Below are positions 36,030 to 47,870 of a DNA stretch of 64,000 bases, piece after piece. The stretch is from NCBI GenBank assembly GCA_051362555.1, contig CM120642.1, positions 15,066,001 to 15,130,000 of the forward strand. Reading direction: 5' to 3'. Each line of letters begins with the position of its first letter. Positions within the stretch are counted from its first letter, which is position 1. The translations under genes and the position numbers were made by a program. Below the pieces are notes generated by a model. That model was given only the letters and a program-made list of their open reading frames with translations, did no database searches and was not told the origin of the DNA. Source of the DNA: Lingula anatina (lineage: Eukaryota; Animalia; Brachiopoda).

Positions 36030-39000
36030 ATGGCTCAGTTTGACGACTTACTGCTCGAAGTCGGTAAGCGAACTTAATGCAATAGATGAGTTATTGCCTT
36101 ATTGTGATTTTTAAACTTATTTAGTTTAACATATTCATATTTGCGTAAGAGTTAAGATATGTAAGGAGGGATGCTTGTGATTTGGGTTTTTTTTTACGAT
36201 TTTCGAGTCCGAGTGTTAGATATATTATTTACGTGAAACTGTAATTTCATCTTTGCTTGTCTGGACAGTGAATTTATTAAACTATCTGATTACAAGGGAC
36301 CCTTAATTGCTGTACAATAAGAGATACGCGTAGTTGTACACAGGCTGCACTACATGTACCGGTATGTATGTACGGTGTCCTGTGCGACGCAATGTCATAT
36401 CACCCCTCGGAAGTAGGAACTGTATGTAATCATAAGTGACCTAGCTGGCGTGAGATTATAGTGACACACATTTAAGATATCATTTCATATTGGGTGTGTT
36501 TTCTACCTACCCAACATATAAAAACTGTGAATTTACCTTATGCTGATTGAGATATAAACAATTATAACTTTAATGCCCAATAAAACAGCGGCATGATATA
36601 TATTTCAGGGGAAATCGGATGGTACCAACTAGCTGTATCTGTGATCATTTTCCTAGGATGGTCAGGGTTTGGAGCATTTTCAATGATGATATTGATGTTT
36701 ATCGGAATTGATCCAGGGTGGACATGCACCGACAGGTCTTTTGATAACGTAACAGCAAACTGGAATAGTTCAGATCGTCCCCATCCAACCACTGAGAGCT
36801 CGGCATCGAATTCGACTGGTCAAGACGTGGCAGTCGATAACACAGACCTTTGCAAAGAATGTTCGAGCTATGACTTCAAAGGAGAATACACTTCCATTGT
36901 GACTGAAGTAGGTATAAGTATGTCACTGAAAAAAAATTGAATAATAATCCGAGATAGTAAAAATAGGCACTGTTGGCACAGCGTGACTTCATGCAAGACG
37001 ACAAAACCCGATAATCAGCGCGAGGTGGTTCATTTTCACTGATAATGTAAACTTTTATATTTAGACCGAGAGTTCGTCTTACGAGAGTTCGTCTTTCGAG
37101 AGACAAAAGTGAATCTTTACTCCTGTGCAACTGACTGTAGCTCGATAGAAGATAACAGGAAAAGATTAGAGCTATATGATTAAAACTTGTTGTTAATTTT
37201 TTGTCGTTACTATGTCGCGCCCTCGATCGTCATTCTTAGTCTGTCATTATACCTGACCCCACTCTCACGCAAACTTCACCTACATGTAATATTATGTTTA
37301 TTTGTAAGTTTGAGCTATCTCGGATGATTCTCACTTAATCAGAAAAATCATCAAAGGAGGACATCATTCTCTTTTGAGAATTTTACTTTCGTATCGTCCT
37401 AAACAGTTTCTTCTGACGCGCTGATTTTGATGAACTTCTTGGTGAGATCAAAATAGTCTATATGTGAATACAGAAGTTTTCTTTATTTGATGAATGCATG
37501 TTAATGGAAACACTTGTTTATTTTCAGTGGGAGTTGGTTTGCAGCAAGGCCTTTATAAGCGACACTATAACGTCCGTACAAATGGCAGGAGTGCTTGTGG
37601 GATATTTACTTTTTGGGCAGTTGAGTGATATGTATGGAAGAAAAAAGGCATGTCCGAATAAATTACGATTATCTTTACATTGAAGTGGAAAGCATTAGCC
37701 ACAGCTTAAAGAGGTCTTATTAAATTCTAGTCATTTTATACGCCGGTTCAATTACCAATTCTCCGGTATCCTGTTTAATTTGTAAAAGATCTATAGGGGC
37801 CCCTAAATTAAAGGCAACTTAAATGTCGCTTTGAAGAACATAAATGCCATTCTTACATTGTATTTTTATAATGTCACACTAGGCGTATTTCGTTGCTTTT
37901 ACCTGTGGAATCTCAGTTGGTGTCGCTCAAGCATTCACTACAAGCTGGGTAGTATTTGCTACCTGTCGCTTTGCAAGTGGGCTTTTCACTGGTGGTAAAT
38001 TGTTTTTTAAAAGCAATTCATGTATTTTTTTTCAATCTCTTTTCGAGTGTAATAGATCATGATGTATGTTGTCTAGGTGTATAGTAGTGTTTTGGTTTGA
38101 GATAAAACGAACGTTGTATGTAAAATAATTGACATAAATTGTACCAGTACCTACAATTAAAACGGACAATTTTTATTTTCTTATTTTTATTCTGTGATGT
38201 TAGGAACCATGGTGGTTGGCACTGTATATGGGCTCGAATACCTAGGTCCAAAGTATCGTCACATACTCACCACGCTCGGTTTTTGGCCGACTTTTTCACT
38301 TGTCCTCCTGGCGATGGCCTACTACATCCACGACTGGCACCACCTTCTCTTGGCTACTTCCATACCTGGGTTTGCCTTCATAGCAGCTTGGTGGTAAGTA
38401 TTGTCCTTACTTGTAGGCTTGTACATGTTACTTAGCACGTGCATTGCATGAAAAGCTTAAATTGATCACTTGTTATTTAGGCCCTCATGTCTCAAAACTG
38501 GAATTCAGGTTCATTTGTTTATAGTACTTATTTTTGGCTCTTTTGTCATGATTGTACCGATGATTGATAATAGTCTATAATGTCCACTGACTCTTTACCG
38601 TAACATTGACATTTTGATTTATATTTAGGTATGAACTGGTGATAGCATTTAACGTGGTCTTGAAAGTTATTGTCCCGTTGCTATAAACAGGTTCTTACCC
38701 GAAAGTCCTCGCTGGCTTCTTAGCAGGGGCCGTTTTGGTGAAGTATCAGAGATTGTGAAAAGAATTGCCAAAAGGAACAAAAAACCACAACCAGACATGG
38801 CTAAATTCATAATGGAATATAAGGTAGATTTATTTTGTGAGTTTTTCTTTTAATGTTGTAAGATAGTGGTTTTCTACAATGGAATGTCTCCATTATGTAC
38901 ATGATATAAAATAGATGTAGGCCTACAACCAGTGCCTGCATAGTTATGACATGTAGGCAAATATGGTTTTAGCATTATGCAGCAGACTAAAACATAATAA

Positions 39001-39311
39001 ACATGTTAACATGAAATTTATTCTATTACCAGATTGAATCATCGAAAGTTGAACAAGGGGTTAAATATGGCTTCTGGGACCTCTTTCGCACACCCACTTT
39101 AACTAAACAAACCCTTATTTTCACAGCTACATGGTAAGTCGTTTATCTATCACTTAATCTGCACTCTAAATTAGTGCAAGGAAGCGATAAAGAGACGTAA
39201 TTTAAAAAAGAAAAGACATTGTGTAAGCTATTTACAAAAGTAGAAACTTACCACGGTGGCATATCAGGTGTCCCATGTGCTCGACTCAACGCATTACAAG
39301 CCTCAGTTTCA

Positions 39312-39366
<55 letters not shown>

Positions 39367-40966
39367 TAAGTCAGTTACCTGGCTTAGTTGTCTAGGATTG
39401 CCATGAAAGTGATGTGACCATGTTGCCTTGGTAATTAAGTTCTTAGCCAGGGAACATAAGTTTTTTTGTGAAACCGGGGCCAAATGTGTGGACACCTATG
39501 TGCCGAGTTTTAATTTCAATATCTAAGTAAACTACACATTGTAGAATGAAATTTGTATCAGTCACTCACGCCTTCTGTAACTAAGCCTTAGATGTTCCTG
39601 TTTCTCTTTTAGGTTTAGCATGAGCTTCATTTGGTATGGTATTGCATTCAATGTGAAAAATTTACCAGGCAACAGATTCGTAAATGCAGCGGTCAACTTC
39701 GCCACCGGTTATTTTAGGCCAATTATCTTAATATTTTTACTCCGTTGGTGTGTATGATAAAGTCAAGGTCACCAACTTTTTTTTGTATTTTACTTTACTG
39801 CTCTTTAAGGACGCAGTGTTGTTCATCTGTGTTTCATTCTAAGCAATATACATCATTTGTATTGCACCCAGACCTTGGTGGCAAACGAATACAAGCAACA
39901 GATAAAAGCATCATCATTGTTATGTATAACAACGATTAAATTTCTCTCTTCATGTCCGACCATATTTTACGTTGTTAACAGATATCTATTCTCCAAAACA
40001 GGTAAAATACCAGCAAAAAAATCCTTATATCCGTTTAAGTACATTTAATTTTATTCTAGGTTTGGACGCAAAACGATTGTGATAGCCTGCTATCTTACAG
40101 CAGCTGTTGTATTTATTCCAATCGTGGTGATATACATGCTTGGTACGTTTTTTTTATATAACTTTGGATGCAATTTTCTTAATATTATCTTTCTTGTCAT
40201 GTCTCATTACATGTGTACTAATACAGCATATACTATCTACTTTGGAAATATAGAAAAATGTTTCAGAGATTCGTTGACATTGTAGTTATGTGACATAATA
40301 ATTTAAATTGTATGGTTAAGTAAGTCGTGGAGTAGTAACACTATGTAGTTGTATTGCCTTATTATCGGTGTAATACATATTTTTATTTTATGTAGGCAAA
40401 TCCGATGATCTATGGATCGCTATTACCGTGTTGTCTACAATCGGTAGCACAGCTGTTGACACGGCATGGAGTGTGTCAGGTCTAATTATAAATGAAACCT
40501 ATCCAACCTCCATAAGGTAAGACATATTCTTGACGGCAAGTCAACATGCGCAGCAAAATAGAAAATATATATTCTGCCAGAAGATGAATATGAGGGTTGG
40601 TGACGGGGTAAGAGACTTAGCGACAAAAATGCCTTTCCCCTTCTATGATAGCGTCAATGTGCGTGTTTGATAACCTCTAACACCCAAAATGTGTGTCCGT
40701 TTATGAGTTTTCAAGTTTTTTTTTTTCTTTAGGAACATAGGGATGGGATTAGCTTCTATGTGCGATGCCGCTGGAGGGATCCTATCACCTCAAATGGCGT
40801 ATTTCGTAAGCATAAATGATACATTTTATAAATTATCTTAATAAAGTCGCAAAAATTTGTTATCAAAACTTGAATATAAGTAGAATAGGTAAATTTATTC
40901 TGGTTTTAATTTCTTTTAAAAATTGGCTAGTAAGTGTCCAATTCACTTGATTAATTTTACAAGTAT

Positions 40967-40998
<32 letters not shown>

Positions 40999-41248
40999 AA
41001 TGGAAGTTTTTATTAAAGTAACCTTTTGTCTGTTTTTTTTTCTCCAGAGCACGTTTTGGGAGCCCATTCCATATGTTCTGAGTTGTATCCTCGCTTTAGT
41101 TTGTGTTTTAGTCAATTGTTTCATCGATGAAACAAAAAACAAAGCCATGGTAGATGCTGTCCCTGATCGAGAGTGGTGCCTTTGTTTTAGCAGGAGGAAA
41201 GAGAACAATTACAAATTGTCTGACAAAGAATGCGAATCAAAACTTTGA
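36030..41248 (+). CDS. SLC22A15-like: SLC22-family transporter paralog E, complete, 12 coding exons, about 533 aa; GC-AG intron 3
   Basis: Exons 36030-36063, 36609-36907, 37528-37647, 37883-37994, 38204-38393, 38691-38823, 39033-39133, 39613-39747, 40060-40142, 40396-40516, 40733-40805, 41048-41248; total 1602 nt. Confidence 0.92.
39299..39482. mobile_element. MITE-like element with an internal poly(A) run
   Basis: Ends GCCTCAGTTTCACAAAA ... TTTTGTGAAACCGGGGC; a similar right end (TTTTGTGAAACGGGGCCC) occurs at about 20192-20209. Confidence 0.5.
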
Positions 41249-41380
41249 CATAAAAAGAGAATGGAATGATAAAAATACGTATATCTTTTAACGTTTCCGC
41301 TGCCTTGTACTACAACTCAGGTTATGAATGATCTGTATCAGAGTGTTTTACATCTAGGTGCACGGTGTCATTTATTGCAA

Positions 41381-41382
<2 letters not shown>

Positions 41383-41439
<57 letters not shown>
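41383..41439. repeat. (AT)n microsatellite
   Basis: Uninterrupted dinucleotide run. Confidence 0.95.
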
Positions 41440-41440
<1 letters not shown>

Positions 41441-41560
41441 GAGATTGAAGATCAAAAACGTTTTATTAACTGTCCCCTAAGAACAGTATACAAAAAAAGC
41501 AGTAACATATAGCAACTTTATACAGAGCCATGATATACTAAATATTATTACTCCTTAATA

Positions 41561-41573
41561 ATACGCACCTAAA

Positions 41574-41647
<74 letters not shown>

Positions 41648-41660
41648 TTTAGGTGCGTAT
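41561..41660. repeat. Perfect 100-bp palindrome centred on an (AT)n microsatellite
   Basis: ATACGCACCTAAATTAATAT-(AT)30-ATATTAATTTAGGTGCGTAT. Confidence 0.9.
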
Positions 41661-42476
41661 CACATTATATTTTGTGAATCTGATATATATATATCCCGAA
41701 ACTTCTGTACGTGGAATGTTTTCTTCTTTCCCTAAATGTACTTAGCAGTTTTTGGCAGTAATGAATGCCAACCTATTGTCTATCGTGAATAAAATTTTCT
41801 CTCTTCCAGATTGCCTTAGTCACCATAATGTAAATTAACAATATACAGCAGTACTCAATCATTATCTTAAAAAGAACAGCTTAGAACAAAATGGGCCTCG
41901 ACGTCAAATATGTGCAACCGAGAATGATTTTTGCCATTCCAATAACGGCGTTTATATGTGGTTTTAATTAATTACTCCCCCATTCTTACTTGCTGTATCA
42001 TTTCAAAATTTCATCATCAGTTTAGAGCGGTACTCCTCAGCTGAACACTCCTCAGGTGACTCCCGCCAGAAGTCAGGTGATTTGTTTCTGATATATTAAA
42101 CACAGACTTAGCCTTTATAATTCAGTTTTCCTGCTGTTTTTAGAAATTTAGGCTAAAAAATTTTAAAATTGGTCTTCGGAATCTTATACTAGATAGTATT
42201 CAAGGATGTGGGCCTCTGACATTGACAGACTTTGTGTTTCAAGGCAAAGTGCAATACTAGTACTTCAGAGAAGAGCTGCAATCAACATAATGCTTACAAC
42301 TTCGGGGCTTAATTATTAATATTGCTCACTGGTAATATTTTACTATGAAGGTGTCTATGCCTAAAGGCCATTGGTGTTATCATAGTCCATACGTAGGTGC
42401 TAAACAGAGGTGTCATCTTTATCTTATTTCTTTGGTTGATCACATAACTTTACGCAGCAATACAGAGGTTGAAATA

Positions 42477-45400
42477 ATGGCTCAGTTTGACGATCTTTTG
42501 TTAGAAATTGGTAAGTCGAACAAGTTTTCATGAGAATCAAAGGCTTGTCACTTAAGTTTATCAATCAATAGACAATGATAATACGTGAAGGGAGCATGCA
42601 ATTTATCTTGCTGAAACTGAACTGAATTAAGATTACAACGCAGATACCAACGTACCATGAAATCGATTATTTTCACCGTTAAATCTAGTTTTTGTTTTCA
42701 TGTAACGACCACCATGCTCTCAAACACATGCCATAATGGCGAGTAATATTCCGTGGTGCCAGTCCTTCTCTTCTGATTTCAACCAATAAATCGTTTATTC
42801 ATTTGTAAATATTGGAATTGGTGCAGTGTAAGATACCATAATTGTCACACAGACTGTTGCAATTTACAAAGAAAGAAGTACATGGTGTATTTTTCAGTAT
42901 CAGTTCTTATAGTGAGGGTTTTGATCTGTACATACCCCAAGATGTGCTAAATTTGGACGACCACAAGGTTTTTAAGGGTCGCCTACATTTTATGTCGAAC
43001 AACGACGAAATGATGAATATGCTCGCGGTCATTGTGAATTTACTTGTTGTTTCACTTAAGATCTCTTTGTATTTGAACAATGGTCATTTTTGATCATTTT
43101 TGTTTGAGTATCGGGAAAGATTTATCGAATCGGGTTGCTACAAAATATTTGGAAATCCCAACCTGGGGCATGGGGGTGGACGAGGTTATGGGCAAAAAGC
43201 TGTGTATATTGAGTTTTGTAGGGTCAACTATGTTATCATTGTTGATGTTGTGTTTAGATCAAAGTCTGGGCTGTTTGGGCAATGATCACAGTGTTTTGCC
43301 TTAATTCTGTGTACTTCTGACGAAAAATAATAAACCCATCTTAAGATAAACGGATGATGCAACAGTGAGTAATTAGTGACAGTTGGCATCTGGTTACATT
43401 TGAAACTCAATATTACAGCTTATACCTGTACATTGAATGTGCATGCATTTGAACATGTAAAAGCGGGTCTATAAACATATGCACATGTAAAGAATTATCA
43501 TACCCAGGAGCCACAGGAAAATATGCTAAACACGTTTACTTATTTCAGGACAAGTTGGATGGTACCAAGTACTCCTATCTTTTGTCATATCCATAGGATA
43601 CGAGTTTAGTACGGCGTGTTCAATGCTTATCTTAATGTTTATTGGACCAGATCCTGGTTGGACGTGCGCAGACAATAGTCACGTGAATGCCAGCATGAGT
43701 TGGAATGACTCTTACACTACCATGCTCACTCCTTTACTTAATGCAACATACACGCTAGCTTCCAACGCACCTGTTCCGACTTTTTCAACCAGAGATGTTT
43801 GTAAGGATTGTACAAACTATAAATTCAATAAAGACTTTACATCTATAGTCACAGAGGTAATTTTCTTTTTTGTCCTTGAAGCTGGAACATCGTCTAGTTC
43901 CCACTGCTAAAATTTCACGGAGTTTGCCCACCTATATGAAAAGCAAGTCATTGGTGCGCTTTAAGTGTGTGGACTAGGTTACTTATTAATTTAAAGCTTA
44001 CTGGCTAAAATGGGGAAATAAGGCACAGTAACAACGAGTACATGCCGAAAAAGCACCTGTTCTTTGCACAAAGAAGATAATGAAAACGGGGAAACAGATG
44101 CAAATCAGTGTTTCTAGTTTCTAAATCACTGGCGATATATTTTGTTTTAGTGGGAATTGGTTTGCGACCGGGACTTTATAAGTGACACCATTACGTCTTT
44201 GCAAATGGCGGGAGTGCTTGTCGGATCTTTGTTTTTTGGGCAGCTTAGTGACTTGTTTGGGAGAAAGAAGGTATGGCAAAACATATTCAGCGAGCACTGT
44301 ATACTATTTCAGTAGCATGAAAAAAATTCAACTCACATTATTAAAGGAAAACTGAGTCACTTACTTTTAAAAGAGTATACATTTTTTTATCCCTATATTT
44401 TGCGCCAAGTTGCTTGCAAAGAACCGAACCGGTAGAATCGATACAGTGTGCTTTAACCTAGTTGAAGGAAGAACTGGAAAAGTATTTGTCAAATGATGTG
44501 TTTAGGATGTTATGTGAAATAAAATGTCGAGTTCATCAATCTGAGTAAACCTGACATTATTTTAGGTCTACTTTCTTGCTACAACTTCACTATGTGTCAT
44601 GGGTGTTGCTCAAGCATTTGCTACAAATTGGATAATTTTTGCTGCATGTCGGTTTATAAGTGGTGTATTGATAGGAGGTAAAGTAATGGCTAAAAATAGC
44701 AATAAAAGCACGTACACCTGTGAAAATTGTTATGTTACGAAGCGGATACATACAGATCTGTTAAAGGGTTATGCAAAAGATAAAAATATTTTCATCGTTC
44801 GAATTCAATAATTATTACGTTCGAATGCAATTTTTGCGAGAGAGCGCGATGATTTTTATGTTCGTAATAACACAAAGGAATACTTCTATCTTCCTGAGTG
44901 CTTGAACGAGTGAAATTGCATATTTGCCTTGAAAAACTGTCATTAAATTGCCTTTGTTCTCTCTCCCCATCTCTCTTATCTCTCCTTCACACACACTCTT
45001 ATTTCTATCAATCTATCCATTTATTTGTGTTTTTTTTACCCTTTTAGGTAACATAGTTGTTGGGAACGTCAAATATGGAGAAATTCATAAAGGCGTACAA
45101 GGTCAATAACAATATTTTGGAAGTGATATATGAACAGATTTATTGGAATATGAGTAATTATATACCTGAGTCTGACTCATTTATTTTAATATTTTACATT
45201 CTGTCACTTTTGTTTATCACCAGAGCGAAACGCCTAATTGTGAGCCCGGAGTTAAGCATAGTTATTGGGATCTCTTTCGTACACGCAGTTTAGCTAAGTG
45301 CACGCTCATCTTCTCGCTACAGTGGTAAGTGGCATGGTAGGTGATCAGAACTTAAGAATGTGTTTTGTAATACTTACGAAGAGCTTCTTGCATATCAGGA

Positions 45401-47235
45401 AATTTTCTTGCCACTGTGTAGGCAATTTAGAAAGTGTAAATCAAAAGAGCAAATGTACAGCAAAATGAATGCGCGTTTATAATCCTCCATCAAATTATTT
45501 TTAGTATACCTTGTTTTTGCGCAAGTACACGTATTTGTGTCTGACAAAAACTCATGTTTCTTTCTGTCTAGGTTCTCCATGAGCTTGATTGGGTACGGGG
45601 TAGCATTCAACATGAAGAATTTACCTGGCGACAGATTCGTAAACCTGTCAATCACCTTCTCGTCCGGCTATCTTATACCAATCAGTGTGTTCTTTCTGCC
45701 GCGATGGTGAATAACACATTAAGATTTTGATATGTAAAATAAGTGAATTTGGCAGAAAAAAGGGAGATTTGGATGCCTTTGCAGTGTACATTTAATTATT
45801 GACATATTTTATTAGAAAATGGATTTTGCAAAAACAAATAAGCAGATTTAATTCCATCTGACAACTGCCTGTACATTGAAAAGTGACGACATTTAAAATT
45901 TTCCCATAAAACAATTTTTGTTCTTTTTTTACACAGGTTTGGACGTCGTACAATATGCGTTGCTGGCTTTTTGATCTCATCCATTGCTTTTATTCCAACT
46001 GTGGTAATTTATATCATTGGTGTGTGTATTTTGATCTTACATTTAGTTGATTGACAAATACCAGGCAATCTTATGTTAAGAAATGTAATGGCGGCTTAGA
46101 TAACTATTTCATTTGAGCAGTTTGATTTCTAACACAGGCCATGTTCTTTTCATGGGTGTCAGGAATTTAGAGAATGTGCAATTAATACAATGAAAAGCAT
46201 TGCGATGATCGAGGGTCATATGTTTAACGGTGATCAATTCACCACTGTCTGTTTAGCCGGTAACATCGTTTTTTAAGCATCGAAAAATCACGGGTATCAT
46301 TTGATAGTAACCTGTCCTAGAATTTCAAAATGGAAATTGCTATGCGCAATGTCAAAATTTTATTAGTATGTCATAAAAACATATGATTTTAATTTTGATT
46401 TAGACAAAGCTGATGGCTTATGGCTTCTGGTCATCATTCTAACTACGATAGGCGGAACTTCGCAGGGTGCATCATGGAATGGCTCTATTTTACTTGTAAC
46501 GGAAACTTACCCAACTGCAATAAGGTAAAACTAATAAAGTCTTTAATTGAAAAAGATATTTTCCTTGTTTGACCAATACTTTTTTATTATCTGCATCAGT
46601 GGTTAAGCCAATCCTGAAACTCTTTTTTTTTTCTTCGTTACGTAGCGAAATAGGTCTACAGTAATCGTAGTTGTATTAGCCCTTGGCTATTGAAAAAAGA
46701 AAACAAGATTTACGTATTCATCATTCACATTGATTTTAAGTTACAATATTAAGAAAAAGTGAGATATAACAAATGAAGCTGGGAGAGATTTAAAGCAGGT
46801 ATAATGTGTTTCCAGAAATATTGGGCTTGGGTTTGCGTCTATGTCTGCACGTTTTGGAGGAATACTAGCTCCCCAGATGGCTTATTTTGTAAGTATTCAT
46901 GCTCATTCCATTTAATTGTAATATTTTCGTGGACCTATCTACATTGCAACCTTATGGTAATATTGAGAAAAAATGTCAGACTACTTATACAGTCATTTTA
47001 ACCAATTCTTGTTTGGTATTCTTCTCAGAGTACATTTTGGGCACCGATTCCATTTGTGATGAGTGCAGCATTTGCTTTCTGGTCAGGGATTGCAAGTTTA
47101 TACCTGAAGGAAACCAAAAATAAAATTTTGGTAGATGAAGTGCCTGACAGAGAGTGTTGCCTTTGTTGCCCGATGAAGAAGGAAGATGACGACAAAATAG
47201 ATGACAAAGAATGTGTCACAGTAACTGAACTTTGA
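42477..47235 (+). pseudogene. SLC22A15-like: SLC22-family paralog F, disrupted by an internal deletion fusing exons 5 and 6 with a frameshift
   Basis: Exons 42477-42510, 43549-43856, 44151-44270, 44566-44677, fused remnant 45048-45101 (54 nt instead of 190+133), 45224-45324, 45572-45706, 45937-46019, 46404-46524, 46816-46888, 47029-47235. The frameshift gives TAA at 45235-45237. Confidence 0.85.
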
Positions 47236-47870
47236 ACGTTTCTCTCCATATATTCTGCACAAGTAAACAGGCCGAACAGCGGTATGCTCACGCGTTAATT
47301 ACTCTGAAAATTCCAAGGGGACGTTTTAAATCAGTCCAAGCCAGAATTTCGAACGCATTATGAGAACATTAATTGCTTCTTATTGAACTTATCTGAGGAC
47401 AATAAAATATATATTGAAAGATAAATGACCTTAACATGTATCGCAAATATCGCTGAACACTCCTCAGCTGACTCCCACTAGAAGTCAGGTGATTTGTTTC
47501 TGATATCTTAAACACAGACTTAGCCTTTATAGTTCAGTTTTCCTGCTGTTTTTAGAAATTTAGGCTATAAATCTTTCATATTGGTCTTCGGAATCTTATT
47601 CTAGATAGTATTCAATGAAGTGCCGGCCTATGATATTGACAGACTTTGTGTTTCAAGGCAAAGTGCAATATTAGTACTTCAGAGAAGAGCCGCAACTTCA
47701 GGGCTTAATTATTAATATTGCTCATTGGTAATATTTTACTATAAAGGTGCCTATGCCTAAAGGCCATTGGTGTTATCATAGCTTATACGTAGTTACTAAA
47801 CAGAGGTATCATCTTTATCTTATTACTTTGGTTGATCACGACTTTATGCAGCAATACATTGGTTGAAATA

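Noticed and set aside
41234-41248. C-terminal SKL of paralog E as a peroxisomal PTS1 signal
   Set aside because: PTS1 targets soluble matrix proteins; for a polytopic transporter whose paralogs end S/T-x-L/V, a PDZ ligand is the simpler reading.
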